62,972 nt of DNA, filler included, from Rhabdomonas costata (GCA_019059605.1; 48 parts of 48 records of this genome joined end to end with filler, not necessarily neighbours in it), one strand, 5' to 3'. Numbered from the whole stretch's first letter, positions 48,519 to 62,485 are shown. Notes: generated from the sequence alone by a model not told the origin. A program made the numbers and translations.

Positions 48519-48820
48519 NNNNNNNNNNNNNNNNNNNNNNNNNNNNNNNNNNNNNNNNNNNNTTAATTAATTAANNNNNNNNNNNNNNNNNNNNNNNNNN
48601 NNNNNNNNNNNNNNNNNNGGTTTGGGTTAAAATTAAAGAACTTACACATTTGACTTCGGCTGTCTGTTTTGTGGACGTTGAAGTGTGTGAAGTGCTGATT
48701 TGAGTTTTTGCGTGCGTGCGTGCATGGCAGAATGTCGTGCAGTGGATGTGTTTGCATGTGCGCTCGTTTACCCAAAGACAGTGATACAGTCTTGTACCCA
48801 AGTGTACTTTCTGTTGTCAG

Positions 48821-48924
48821 GGAAGACAGTGGAGCAGATGCGGGAGACCTTTGGATTCCGCAACGAGCTCAGCCCAGAGGAGGAGGCGAAGTTCCGAGCT
48901 GAGTTCTCATGGTGCGAGGAGTGA
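48821..48924 (+). CDS. SKP1: SKP1-family last exon
   Basis: GKTVEQMRETFGFRNELSPEEEAKFRAEFSWCEE-stop matches GKTPEEIR.TF.I.ND..PEEE..R.EN.WCEE. Confidence 0.85.
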
Positions 48925-49569
48925 GCGACAGCCGATTACCTGTGTGGACATTCATCATGCGTTGCCGCGAAAGTTCCTTCCGCTTTGCAGCTATTCCGTG
49001 CTGATTCCGTGTACCTTTCTCAGGCGAATCCTCTGCGGCTTGCTCTTGTGGCAGCCTTGCCTTGCCTTGCTTTGCGTAGCCTTGTCTTTGCCTTATCTTC
49101 TGTGCTGTGTACTCAGTGGTGAGGTTTCCGTTCAGTCGCTGTGTTGCCCCCACTTGAAGAGATCTTGGTGACCCTTGCGAATAGCAAACCGTCTAAGTTG
49201 GGGCATCCCCCTCGTCACAGAGAAGACTCATCTTACACTGCCCACTCGGTACCCGCCAGACCCCGCCCGACTTCTGTCGAATTATAACTGCCACCTAACA
49301 AAGTGATGCATGTAACTGCTTCCCACCAAGCGCTGAGACAACACGTTGGTTTAGCACGATGAGGTATCACAACGCCTGCCCATCTGATTCTGCTACCAAG
49401 ATGGGTTCTCATTGAGCAAGCTGTACATGCAAAATGTGTATGTGTGTGTGCTCGGCACCAGTGTTACTCCTTTTGCTTCCAAGTTGGCTTCTGTGCAGTG
49501 AACGCTTTGCTTGATGGGTTCTCGTTTGCCTGCTGTGATTTTTCGCTGATGGTCGTGCGGCGATGAGCC

Positions 49570-49825
49570 ATGGATGGCCCCTCCTGGAGGCCCGCCTTCC
49601 GGAGCCTCTTCTGGATTCTTGCAGCAGCCCTTTTAATGGCCCTGCTGGCGTGGGTGCGGCGCCCGCCCGCTCCACGGCCGCCTACTCTCAACGCCCTCCC
49701 CCCAGAGCCACCTGAGAAGATCCCTTCGAAGGGGGTGACTAGGGAGAGTCCCACTCTTTCGCCCCCCTCGGGGGCCCCTCCTCCCCCGCAGACCTTCACT
49801 GCTGGTTCACTTCAGGGACACTCCA
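49570..49825 (+). CDS. Type II membrane protein N-terminus (short tail, TM, Pro-rich stem)
   Basis: MDGPSWRPAFRSLFWILAAALLMALLAWVRRPPAP..; typical Golgi-enzyme topology; catalytic domain absent. Confidence 0.5.
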
Positions 49826-51397
49826 AAACCCCNNNNNNNNNNNNNNNNNNNNNNNNNNNNNNNNNNNNNNNNNNNNTTAATTAATTAANNNNNNNNNNNN
49901 NNNNNNNNNNNNNNNNNNNNNNNNNNNNNNNNTGTTGGGGGGGTTGGCATAAAATCAACCTTTCAGTGATGTTGTTGATGGCCGCGTGAACCCTGCCATG
50001 CCAAGCCGTGTGTTTGTTACGATCGAAACTTGTTTTTTGAGTTCAATGAAATAAATATGGAAGGTTGTCATCCATCAGACGACCTCGGATATTCGTCGTT
50101 TGATTGCGTGTCATGACTTCTCGCTTTTCTGCTGTCCGCTTTTTTTCCTGCTTCATGTTCTCGCTCTGATCCCTCCCGGAGGGGTGGGCTCCACAGGAAT
50201 AAGATGTTCTTGCTCAATCTGGGATGGCAGCCACCCCCGAGATACATTTTTACACAGGACACATGGGCCGATGCACTATCTGTGCGTCTGCGTTGTGTGA
50301 CTATTTATGTGCCACCGTGCGGCGCCGCCGCCCCTCCACCCCCCGCGTCCCAGTGCGCTTCTCACTCTCTTTATTCAATCCTTTGTACTGCTTGGTCCAC
50401 TGCTTTAGATGTGCGACTGCCACTCTTTCCTCCGAGGACGAAAATAGAATGGAATGATGGTGTCATAACCTTTCTGAACGGGAACCACCCTGTTCATCGA
50501 AGGGAGGTGTTAAGGTCTTCTGAAAGAATTGCCACTGCAGCCGGAATCGAGGAGGGTCTATTCCAGTTTCCTCAATGTACACCGGAAATAATCGAGCTGT
50601 TCCACAACGTATATCCAATATACGTCTCATGGCTGTGGAGAACCCTGACTTTCGGTCTTCGACGTCGCTGTTGCGGGCAAGCTACGGCCCACAAACCTGT
50701 ATGTCACCGTCTGGTCGTGGCCAAAGCCTGACACCTTCGACTTGACAATGGTGAACCTGATGGCGATTTTTTGACACCCTCAGGCCCACCAGAAGGTTGC
50801 AAGAGCCGAAAAGGACAAGCACACCTTGCACGAGACCGTCTGCGATGCCGCTCCCGTGAAGATGAACGCTTGGCTTCTCGGTGTTGGGCGCCAGGACACC
50901 CTCACCCGCTGCGCCGCTTCAATGGCCAGGGCCTTGCCCTCCACGCCACCATGCGCTTGAGCAAGCCGGTCGCGAACAGAACCCTAACCGTTCCTTCTCA
51001 GGACCTTCGCCCGGCGGGGCCGGGACACATGCTCACACCACCTTCGGGGGACAAGCCCCCGAGAGAATGTGGCGAAGAGGCAGTCGAGGTTGACTCCTGA
51101 CCGCATCTTTCTCTACATTGGGGATTTGATTTTTCTCCAACCACCCNNNNNNNNNNNNNNNNNNNNNNNNNNNNNNNNNNNNNNNNNNNNTTAATTAATT
51201 AANNNNNNNNNNNNNNNNNNNNNNNNNNNNNNNNNNNNNNNNNNNNGTTGGTGTTTGTGGTGAAGTTAAGAGGAAGGCAGATTATTGAAGTGACAATGTT
51301 CGCATTGTAAGTTGAGCTTCTTTTGCCCTTTCTTTGTCCTTGTTCAGGCTGGTCCATTTGGCTCTCTGGGTGAACCTGTCACCCAGGCGTCTTCAGC

Positions 51398-51775
51398 TGG
51401 AGCTTCGCAGTAATGCCGAGGTTGCAGCAACCTTCCAAAAGCTGCGCAAAGCGTTGGAGAAGAAAGGAGAGGTCCTTTTCATGTGTCTCATGTGCTTTCA
51501 CCTTTTGTTTATTTGCTCTTGCTCTCCACTCCAACCGCAGCGAGCGGGCGGGCGGCGCGCACGCACGCAAGCACGAACGCACGCACACTTACACACTCTC
51601 AGTCACGCTCACTTCGCGGGCAGCGGCGGCGACAGCAGTTCCCGTGGAATCCAGCACCGCTCACCCTGCCCTGCGAAGCACGCAGACACTTTTCAGCCTT
51701 TTCAGATCGTCCGTTTGGCAATTCAACCCTCCCCTGACTCCGGTTTTACCCAGGCCACATGAACGAACGAAATAG

Positions 51776-51808
<33 letters not shown>

Positions 51809-52016
51809 AACAAACACGCACATCACTCACGGCTACATTCAGGTTGGAAAAAATCGCGGAAAAAAGATGGGGCAGGGACGTCTTATATCAGCAGACGAAG
51901 GTCACTCTGACTTTATTTCTGCTTGCAGGAGTACATGCTGTTGCCGCGGACATTCATTCCCAGGCTGCTGCGCACATTCATGGGAATCCTGAACTCCGTG
52001 CACCCCGGAAGTGCAG
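51398..52016 (+). CDS. Probable short exons of an unknown protein
   Basis: AG/GT-bounded segments near 51398-51471, 51624-51708 and 51929-52016. Confidence 0.35.
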
Positions 52017-53142
52017 GTGAGCGTTTGACTAGAAAAGGAAACGCATATAGCGTAACTCTCTTTTTTTGGGGGGGGGGGAGCGACTGGTGCAGTGTATGAG
52101 TTTTATATGTTTGTACATGTGTGTGCGCGAACTCTCCGCAGTCCTCCCGCATGTCTATGAGGCTTGGACATCGTGTGAGGATTTCGTGAAAGGGGAACAG
52201 AGTTAAATTTTTTGAATGGGCTTCTTTTTTTCAGACAAACGTAAAATTAGTTTCCTATGCCCAGTGTCTTCGTCAAGCCATGAACGCTTTTCTCTTCCCT
52301 TCTTTCCTTTTTTCTTTTCCTTTCGCCATTTGGTGATATTACTAGAGCGCGCGCACACACACATACACACACACTCCCATTCTCCCTTCTCTCTTTTTTC
52401 GTTGTCCTGTTCATGCCACAAACATACATTTTCGCCGCCAGTATCATCGTCCCCCAAAACCNNNNNNNNNNNNNNNNNNNNNNNNNNNNNNNNNNNNNNN
52501 NNNNNTTAATTAATTAANNNNNNNNNNNNNNNNNNNNNNNNNNNNNNNNNNNNNNNNNNNNGGGTGTGGGGTACCGGCTGGAGTGTGTGTATGGCGGGGA
52601 CAAGTGCGATTTTTTTGCTGCAGGGTGCACTGGTGGTTGCAGTGGCGATAGTGTGGCTGCTAGTTCGCCTACGCTCCACCCTCTCCGCTATCTGGGCCCG
52701 AATGCATTCCTTGCGATGGAAGACAGCGTAATCTTCCACACGTCAAACAAAAACTCGCTCCCTTTGTTGCGTTGTTTTCAGGATAAACCCTTTAGCCTAT
52801 GCGGTCAACGCGATGCTTTCCTCGCAGAACTACTGCGTCGGGTCGGACTGCCCTGCGTTGGTGGTATGGCTCCTGTGCACCTTTCTCCAGAAATTCCTTT
52901 GTTCTGCAACTTCAATAAGAAAAAGGTCGGGTATCAAAGTAGGTGGGAAATTGAGTGAATCTCGTGTTTTGTAGTACACGCAAAGAATACTTTTTCAATT
53001 GTCCTTTTAACAACTCTTGTTCGTGCCCGTTTTCCGGTCAAAGTCCCTTCCAATTTCAGATTGAAAGTTTTGGGGGCGATGTGGGTTCTGTTTTTTTTGG
53101 CAGCAACAACGGCTTTGCATCTCTGTGGAAACCACTTTCCAG

Positions 53143-53322
53143 GTGACCAACCAGGCCACAGGCAAGAGCCAGATCATGACCGTGTGGGACTACCTGAGCT
53201 CCGTCTATGGGCTGTCCTACGAGCATGTCTGGCTGTGGGTTGGGGTACTGATCTTTGCGATCTTTCTGGTGCGCGCTGTGACGACCTATGGGCTGACGTT
53301 CATATGCTATGTAAAGCGCTGA
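53143..53322 (+). CDS. PDR/ABCG transporter last exon
   Basis: TVWDYLSSVYGLSYEHVW + TM + R + ICYVKR-stop, typical PDR C-terminus. Confidence 0.8.
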   Translation: MTNQATGKSQIMTVWDYLSSVYGLSYEHVWLWVGVLIFAIFLVRAVTTYGLTFICYVKR

Positions 53323-53954
53323 GGGAGGCAACCCTTTTTGGCGCTCGAAGGGGGGGGGCAGTGTTGTGTTGGGCTTCTCTCGAGCTCACACGCCTTGCAT
53401 ATTATTGCGCGGAGCGCCTCTTCTGATGAGGCCCTTTTGCTTTTCTTCCGCGATCGTTTTCATTGCATGGGATGTTCAGTAAAAAGGTGTTTTTTTAGAT
53501 TAGCTGGTTGCCAGCTTTGTACATAGCGGTTCATTCAAGCTGGAGAGGCTTTCCACTCTCTCAAGCTATGTCATGGCTGCTTCCTTGCTTCTGCTGCTGT
53601 TGTTGGGTTACTGTTTGAGCTTTCACCAACACCCTGGTGGACTGTTAATAAAAGGCTTTGGGCTTGCCCTTACAGTGTAGCGGCTCACCTCTGCCGTGGG
53701 TGCCTTTACCGGCATCCGTTTGTGCTGTGGTCGTTACTGGAAAGGACTTTGACAAAATTCCTTTCCAAAAACAANNNNNNNNNNNNNNNNNNNNNNNNNN
53801 NNNNNNNNNNNNNNNNNNTTAATTAATTAANNNNNNNNNNNNNNNNNNNNNNNNNNNNNNNNNNNNNNNNNNNNGGGGGTGTGTACTTGGGATTGGATAC
53901 AGTGCATCGAGTGCAGGCATGAGGCAGCACATCTGGGTCTGGGTGGGCGGTCAC

Positions 53955-55080
53955 CCCGGTGGCCTCGTCGTATTCCAGGTAGGCCTGGCTGTTGGGTTAC
54001 GGTGGGTGTAGAGCGGTGATTCCGGGAACGCCCAGAGCGGGTGCCATCCCCGTGAGGTGAATCAGCAGGTGGTCCTCCTGCAAAAAAAAAATAAAGAGAA
54101 ATTTATTGTGTGGGGCCGAGTTCGAATAACGGTCACAGAGGTAAAGCAACTCGATCTGCGATGCTGCGAAAGAAAATTACAGTCCTGGCAACAACACCCA
54201 CAATTATGGAGTGAAAAGGTAAAAAGTCACCAACCCAAAGAAATCTTAGCCAGGTTGGCGACAACCCTGTTCGAAAGAGAAAACAAAAGTCAACGTTTGT
54301 TGCGCAAAAAGCCACAAATGGGGAAAAAAAGGAAGGAAAAGCGACAGAATAACACAGCACGTCACGCGCGGTGAAACGAATCCTTGCTCAAATACACAGC
54401 GCCAGTGTTGGGTTGCTCAAACGTCAGTATTTTGCTGAGCACGAGCCTCACCCAGAGACAGGCAGATATAGAGGTCGAGCATCCAGCAGCAGGCGGATGG
54501 AGAAGCATTGTGGGGAGGGGAGGGAGGGGCGTACCCCACGGATATCCCCCGAGAGCACTCGGGCCTTCCACATCTCGAACTGGGCGTCCCACCGGCGGTC
54601 GAAGTCCAGGTCCCGGGGATGGAACGTGGTGGCGTAGTAGCCCACCCAGTGGCGCCCAAAAGCCAGGTCGATTGCGTCCTGCAGGGGTTGCGGAACAGAG
54701 AAAGCGAATTACTGCAGACAAGGGCGACGCCGCAGCACCGACACAACAGTTAAATCGCAAGCCCTGCCGATTGGCGGTGGATTTCCTTTTCCATACAAAA
54801 AGAGGAGAGGAGTACAGGAGAATACAGCAGAACAGTGCACTCGTCTTATGCACCCTCAAAACCTCTGAAAAGTCGAGAGTCAAAACTAGCCCGAGACGAG
54901 AGGTGTGGCGATAAGCGGGGAAAGGGTGCGCAAAACCTTAGTAGCGTCGTGGGCCCGATTCTGTGCCGTGCTACGGCCCACGGTGAGGAACAGCGTGGCG
55001 GCGGCGATGTAGTCCTCGTGTTTCTTGGCCATCGTGATCCCGAGCTTCCACAGCTCCTTCTGGGCGTCGATAGCCTCCAC
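53955..55080 (-). CDS. Unknown protein, exons 55080-54937, 54678-54535, 54077-54045, 53984-53955
   Basis: Phase-0 junctions ATK|DAID, IRG|EDH, TGM|AYLE; strong codon bias. Confidence 0.65.
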
Positions 55081-56111
55081 CCACCACCNNNNNNNNNNNN
55101 NNNNNNNNNNNNNNNNNNNNNNNNNNNNNNNNTTAATTAATTAANNNNNNNNNNNNNNNNNNNNNNNNNNNNNNNNNNNNNNNNNNNNGTTGGTGGGTCG
55201 GAAAGGAAGAGGTTGACTGCACAGCTTGACGGCTGTATCGGGGAAGGGGAGGCTGCCAAGTGGGTCTGGGAGAGGTACACACCTGGGCCAAGAGCGCGAG
55301 CTGTGCCCTGAGGTAGGGGCACAGCTCCTGCTCCGCAAGCTCGCTGGACTCTTCTCTCCGCCCCTCCGCTTGCGGCATAGCCACCGCAGCCGCTTCAGCG
55401 GAGGGGTGATGGGGGGTGCGCCTCTCTTCAGGCTCCTGGGCCGCAGGGGGATATTCCTTTGGGAGAGGTGGGGACGCCGCAGGGAGGGCAGAGGACTCAG
55501 CGCTGGCCTGGGGAGGGCTCACACGAGCCCCTGCTAGCGGGGGCTGAGGAACATCCAGCGACGGGTCGTCCTGATAACCAAACCGGCAGTGTTATCTGGA
55601 GGTCTGAGCAAGAAGCAAGGAGAGAAATTCCTGACAAAGAATGGGTGAAATTTTTTCCCCGGGGCTTATTTTTTGTTGTTTCTTTTTTATTTTTTGGAAA
55701 TCTCGTTATCGGTCTTTGCAAGGCCCTGAATCGCATTTTTGAAACAAACCACACCAGAAACTGGCATGATAAGGACCCGCCAAGGAGGGTCTCCATTTCC
55801 GCTGAATGAGACCATAGACGTGCGCGTTGAAAAAGGGAAGAGACGATGCAGGAGCGCAAACACCCACATGCTGAGTGTTGAGACCGTGCGACTGGGTAAG
55901 ACAAGCCCCGTCCAGCTGACCTCTTAGCTTCGCTTGGATGAAAGGACAGGGGAGCCGCCTGCCAGCTTGTGCGGTACAACGAACAGCGGGTGAGACAAGT
56001 CAAACAATTTGTTTGGGGGCGGTTCTGAGAAAACCAAGTTTCTGCCAGGGCACAGATGCAGCCTTCAACCACCTCACCTTGAGCTACCCACACAAAAAGC
56101 CAACCTCACAG

Positions 56112-56240
56112 GCCTCGAAGCCATCGTAGGGCTCTTCAGGAAAGCCGTCCGGGTCGTAGTCCAGCAGCAGCTCCCTGAAAGTGAGGGGCACGCTGGCACC
56201 TATCTCCACGAGCGAAACACCAAAGCTGTGCAGGGCAGCT
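56112..56240 (-). CDS. Exon, unknown protein
   Basis: SLVEIGASVPLTFRELLLDYDPDGFPEEPYDGFE; GC3-rich. Confidence 0.4.
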
Positions 56241-57231
56241 AGTTTGAAAATACATAGGAACACCCTACCTTCGTCATCGTTCCGGTTCTGGTTCTTGTGC
56301 CGCACGTTTGAAATGCGGACCCTGTGTCAGGGAGGCCTCAGTGCGGGCTCCTACCAGTTCCGAGGTTCGAGTCTTTTTCCTTGTCAAAGTGCCCACAAAC
56401 CCNNNNNNNNNNNNNNNNNNNNNNNNNNNNNNNNNNNNNNNNNNNNTTAATTAATTAANNNNNNNNNNNNNNNNNNNNNNNNNNNNNNNNNNNNNNNNNN
56501 NNAAACGCGTGAGGACACCATACAAACGCGTTTCTCAGCACTCCCGACGCGTAAAATCGAGAGTTTGGTCGCTTTTGGTAGGGATCGACTTTTGCACTGA
56601 ACGATACCATTATTGAAGGCCATTTAAGTGCTCAAAAAGACAGTTTTAGAGGCATAAACGCACCAAAAAGCTTGGAAAGCTCGATTCGGTGTTAAAATCC
56701 CAAACATAAAGTTTCTTCCAAATGAATCCATTTTGGACCCCTGTCGACCCCGTTGGAGACCTCAATGATGACCCAATTCTTCTCAAAAAAAAAGTTTGAA
56801 GGTCTAAATGCTCGATGTGAAACTACACAGCGTGTTTTTCGTGTTCCTCGACCAACCCCACCCCCCGCATACACACAAGCTCGACTTCTGCTTCGTTTTG
56901 TACCCAAAACAAGATTTGGGGGGCGGGTGAGAAAAAATCGCAAAGTCGACGGAAAGGGCCTCGCCGAACCAAAACTCTCGCGAGTGCTACCACCTAGCCT
57001 TCGAGTCGTCGGTCGTCGGACCACTTCCATTGGATAGCCCCCCCCCTTTACTGGGGGTGGGTAAAAACATGGTCTTGAAACTAACTGCTTGATGCAAATA
57101 GAAAAGCAGAAATGAGTACATACTCACGGACTTTTTGCCGTTGACCCCGTATGCTAAACCCTCAACTTACTATGTTCGTACGTTACGGTAAGTTTCGGGA
57201 AGAAAGAAGACCCCAGGATACGCCAACATAC

Positions 57232-57708
57232 GTCGCGGCTGTAGCAGCACCCCGAAGCGATCCAAAGGTACCCGTTGTGAACAGCAACCCCAACAAAATA
57301 ACGAGGAGAGAACATTTGCGAGGCCGAAGTGTTCGCTTGCGACCAGCTCCCCGTAGCCCCACTGCTGCTGCTCCACACATCGTTCAAAGCCGTGCCGTAC
57401 GCATACCCAGCAATCACCCACACCCGCTCCTGAAACACTGCCGTGCCGTGCCCATAGCGCGCCGGAAACTCGTTCGAATTTCGCCCACCAAAATCCAGGG
57501 CCGTCCAATTTGCTCCGGTGGTCGTCGCCCACACAACATTTAACCCGACATTCGTCGACGTGGTCCCCCCAACCACCAGCATATTAGTTCCGAAAACCAC
57601 ACAGCCGTGATTAGTGCGAGAAAGGAATTCTGCAGCAGGAGTGACCAAGGTCCACTGGATGCCATCCGGGCTGCTCCACACGTCACTCACAGGATGTGAG
57701 GCGTTCAC
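57232..57708 (-). CDS. Kelch-like beta-propeller repeat protein exon
   Basis: Repeats DVWSSPDG..W...R..H...VF...VVGG, NVVW, NDVWSS; ends gac|gtatgt. Confidence 0.85.
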
Positions 57709-57856
57709 CCCAAAAAANNNNNNNNNNNNNNNNNNNNNNNNNNNNNNNNNNNNNNNNNNNNTTAATTAATTAANNNNNNNNNNNNNNNNNNNNNNNNNNN
57801 NNNNNNNNNNNNNNNNNGGGTTGGGGTGGGTGAGGCTTCCTTTTGGGTCCGCACAG

Positions 57857-58983
57857 GTTGCTGCATGTTATCAAGGAGCCCTTTGCGAGGACCACGTACA
57901 CCAACGCCATTGAGCTGCTGGCGAAGGTCTCTGTCTTTCTGCCCATTCCCTCCTTAACGCCGGGCAGGGCAAACAGTGTCACGGCAGAAGCGGTGCCCTC
58001 TGCGGGCTGGGCACGACCAGGAATAGGCGAGGTTCCGGAGATCTGCGCCTGTCGCCTTTTCGGAGGCAAGGGAACCCCCGGGAGCCATGCTGCACACGCA
58101 GATTTTCAGTGCGCCGCCGTGGGGATAGGAAAAAAGACCTCAAGACCCCTGAGCAGTCGGTGTTCCTTCATTGTCGGAGTACACCAGCAGAGACCGTGAG
58201 CAGAACAGATGATGCTTTGGGTTTGGGAGAGAACCTCGGTTGCAGAGACGTTCAAAAAAAAGGTCCTTGGATTTCCGTGTCACGAGGGGAAGGGGCAGTG
58301 AACGATGCCACGGGGTTGGATTCAATAGGACCGTAGCATTTGCTGCGTCAGTTTTTGTCGAGTTCGTCATTCAGTTTTTTCCAGAAAATTGGAACAGTGG
58401 TTTTTGTTGGACAGGCCCTTTTCGAACCTAATGAGTGGATCAGAATGTGAATGGTTGGTTTTCTTTACCTCTTTCAACGAATTTACTGGAAACCTGTACA
58501 CAGCGGTAGTGGAATGAAGTGAGAAAGGAAAAAGAAAGGGCGTGCCGGGATGCCGTCTGTTCGGGTGGGCAGGTCCACGCCAGCGGGGAGGCAACTTTCA
58601 CCGAGGCCCCAGTGTGGGGGATGGACATGGGCGCAGAGCACGAGCGGTACCTCTGCGAGAAGATGTTCAAGAAGCCCGTAATCGTCACTAACTACCCCCG
58701 CAAGATCAAGGTGGATGTGTGCGGTGGGGGTGCCGTCTTCATGGACACGCAAGACTCTTAAAGGCAAGCAGGCTCTCAAAGGCAAGAAGGGGGCGTCATT
58801 CATCAGTCCACCCCCACCCCCCAACACTCCGATGGGGTCAGCTAGGAAGATCTGCGCAAGCGTGTGCATGGTGGGTGTGGGGGTGTCCTGGAGAATTCCA
58901 GCTGGATTTGCCATTCGTCTCACAGGCGTTTTACATGAAGCAGGATGAAGGCGGGCAGACCGTGCAAGCCATGGACATCCTCG
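57857..58983 (+). CDS. asnS: Asparaginyl-tRNA synthetase, exons 57857-57926, 58573-58710, 58926-58983
   Basis: [53 protein letters not shown]. Confidence 0.93.
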
Positions 58984-59131
58984 GTGTCTCCCCCCCTCCT
59001 CCCCAGATACTTCCTCGCCTTACAAGCCCACNNNNNNNNNNNNNNNNNNNNNNNNNNNNNNNNNNNNNNNNNNNNTTAATTAATTAANNNNNNNNNNNNN
59101 NNNNNNNNNNNNNNNNNNNNNNNNNNNNNNN

Positions 59132-59495
59132 GGGGTGAGCTGCGAGATCATCGGGGAGTGGGCAATCCAAGAGGTGGAGTGGGCGACACAGAGTGACTCA
59201 AGGCGCTGCTTGTCGACCAACTGCGCGCGCTGAAGAAGAGATCGCTGGGCTAGATGATTTAGCGGCTCCGTCAGTGTGGCTTGAAGGTGCTTGTCCAGAA
59301 AGAGGTCGGGAATGATGGCGGTGTCAAGTCGTGTCAGATATGCAGTCAGCGCCTTCCGTAGCTCTTCATCCTGCGCTGCGGCTGGGAATCCCACTTCTAT
59401 GGCCTGTTCGGCCGATTTCGAAATCTTTATGGAAATGGCTAGGTTCAGTTTTGGGCTGCATTCGAAGAAAGCCATGAATATGAAGACTACGTAAG
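59132..59495 (-). CDS. Probable exon, unknown helical protein
   Basis: About 120 open codons after a ttttag acceptor. Confidence 0.35.
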
Positions 59496-62485
59496 CCTAA
59501 AACTGGCTCGGCCGCAGCTTACCTTGATGAACAGCGTGTGTTACTCCTTTTGTGATCTTGGCTTACTATTATTTCAATGCCCCGTTTTTGTACCCTCCTA
59601 TGCAGCAAACTGGGGCCGGAATTGAAGGGTGCAGCTGCCCCCAACCGCACGTGTGGGAAACGCTTGCAAAAACAAACTTAAAAAACCAACGGCATCTCCA
59701 CCACGGAGTTCGCCACAGCAGTGGTAGACCTTTTTAATAAGGACAGGTCCAAATGAAGGAACATTTTCCTGTCAGGTCCTTTTTGCTTCGTCCTCTGGAA
59801 AAGGTTTCAAGGCCGTCTTTATTCTGCTGGAAATGTTTTTAAATTTGGTGTTATCGCAGGAAAGGACGTTGTTTTTCTTAATGATTACCGATATATTGGG
59901 GGGAAGCCGATTGTTTGGAGTGATTTTTTCTCTTCCACGAACACACTTTTCACAGGACGTTTCGAGCGAGAAAACAAGAGCTGAGATCGATTTATTCACA
60001 GTGCACAGCAGTGCACTACTGTTAAGCTGAAAAAAACAATTCTGCGAAAACCTCCGCAAAAGACGAGATTTAATAACTCCCAAAGAGTTGTTTCTTTCCA
60101 TAAAGTCGCGCTTCACGCGAGAAAATCATTATTTGCCTATTCCGGGCGCGAGCATCTGTCTGAAACAGAACCAGAAACCTGTTCCAAAACCTCTGAGATT
60201 ACCTAATAATAATAATCGCAAATTCTGTGACTTTTTCACTCTCAACAATTTGTCATAGAGGTTTGTCACTTCTTCACCACAGCCATTGGCGAAGCAGGGC
60301 CGTGTTGGGGTTCGCCAATGGCTGTGGTGAAGAAGTGACAAACCCNNNNNNNNNNNNNNNNNNNNNNNNNNNNNNNNNNNNNNNNNNNNTTAATTAATTA
60401 ANNNNNNNNNNNNNNNNNNNNNNNNNNNNNNNNNNNNNNNNNNNNGGTTGGTTTTCCAGGGCAAACTCGGAACGCTGAATGCAGTTATTGCTCCTGAAAT
60501 GAACCGAAAATAAACACGCTGGCTCAATGATTGAATCAGCAAGTGTTTTTACTAAATTTTGGCGGAGCCGCTGTGTTTTCTGGTGGTTTCCTGTCGTTTT
60601 CCCATTAGGATTTCCCCCAGAGATGAGGGCACTGAAAAGACGTGGATGGAACTGGAAGCCCCCAATGCTACTCTCGGTACTCCCTTTGGCACCAGTGCAA
60701 GCTTCCTTCACCTGTGCAATGCCAGCAGCCGTAGTGCAAGACCTTGCAAGCAACAATGGCAACAATTGGTGTTCTCAGCGACAGGTGGGCTTTTTCGAGA
60801 GTACGGCAGTATGCTTTCTATGGTTTCATCGTATTACCGACGGGCACCGATGGGCTCTTAAAATGCTTGCGAAGCTTGTGAAAAGGAGTTTAAATGGCAA
60901 CTCCTTGCCTTGAGACCATGGTTTGGAGCTTCGGGTGAAGTAGGATGATGAATATCAATGAGCATGCTGATTGCAGAGAGTGAGCTGGAAATGCACATGA
61001 GTTTTGAAGCATGGCTACGGTTATGCGTGTGTCGCTCGGTGTGTGACTCTGACTCTCTTTACCTCTTTGGCATGGCTCTCAAGCATGAAACAGACATGCG
61101 TGCAAGTAAGAGCGGGGTACGCAACGGGGTTTTGGGGGTTGCTTTGGCGTTGGCTGGTTTTTATTCTTGCTTCGAGAAGCTCCTTTTTCCATCCTCCTTT
61201 CTCCTCGTCGGCGCTGGATCCGGCGAAAAGCTTGAGTAAAAACGTATGCAAGAACTACAAAATAATTATAAGCACAAACAGCCGGTAGGCTCATGATACA
61301 TAATACACCTTTTTGGACGGTGTAACCAAAGAGGACGGTCGGTCAATCGTCACAATTTAGTTAGTACTGCACAGTCTCCTCCCTCTTGTCGTCAGTGGTC
61401 ACAGCGACATGGCAATCCCTCGTGGTAGTACGTCAGCACCGTTACCATTTTTCGCTCTTCCCCTTGCCCTTCGTGTTTTCGATTTTTTCCGGCTGCTGCC
61501 CCATCTTCTGTGGCTCCTCGTTTTCTTTTCCTTTTGGAGAGTGGGTGTTGCTTTCACGAGGGAAAAGGGGAGGGAGCTAACGGTGGCGGACGCGGAGGGG
61601 ATGCAGCTGGTGCCCGGCGCAGGGCATGTGCGGTTTCTTGCCCCGCGCCGGGCACCACCNNNNNNNNNNNNNNNNNNNNNNNNNNNNNNNNNNNNNNNNN
61701 NNNTTAATTAATTAANNNNNNNNNNNNNNNNNNNNNNNNNNNNNNNNNNNNNNNNNNNNGTTGGGTTGTGCTACAACCGTTACCGTTGTGTGGGTGGGTG
61801 GGTGTTAGGTAAGGGTTGATTGCCCATCTTCCGTTGTGTCCACCCCTGTATCGTGCATTCACAATGCCATTTTTTACAAGTCCAGAAGCGGTAGAGGGCT
61901 GAGCCGAAGCAGGCCTGGGGTTTTTTGTATATACGGCGGATCTTGGGGTTTCCGCAAGGGGTACCCATTTTGGTGCGTTGCATTTTTACTATAGGGGCTC
62001 CGCCAGGAGCCCCAACCACTTTGTCTTTTCACATAAACGAGTGCAAGCGGCAACAAGTGTAAAGGCTGAACAGGAATAAAAACAAGGGAGAAATAGTTGA
62101 TCAGCAACAGTGCAGCTCTGGGGTGTTTACTCGGGATTTGGTCGTATTTCATTGATTTAACTCCTTATACCAGCAGAAGCCAGATAGTCAAACAATGGCA
62201 AGGACTTTCAGACACGTGCACAGGCAGGTCAAGAACAAAACGAAAGGAAAAAAGAAAAAAAGAAAGCGCGGTGAAAAGTGTTCTCATAAACAGGAGTCTG
62301 GCAGCACGCTGAAAAGACCAAAGTGAGAAGGAGAGCAGTGAAAACCATTTCCTTCACAAACGAGCCATGCTGTCGAACAGCAATTTGGGCATAAGCACAA
62401 ACAAAACACCCACAAATAGCAACAGCAAAAAAGACTTTACATTATGAGAAAGATCGTTTTCTCGGTGATGGTGGGAGGGGGGGGG

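Noticed and set aside
59497..59522. Possible 26-nt GTAAG...TTTTAG mini-intron
   Set aside because: Upstream phase-0 frame has a stop a few codons earlier; no homology support
61891..61932. GCTTCGGC and ATATAC as a U6 snRNA fragment
   Set aside because: Motifs are in the wrong order and there is no ACAGAGA box
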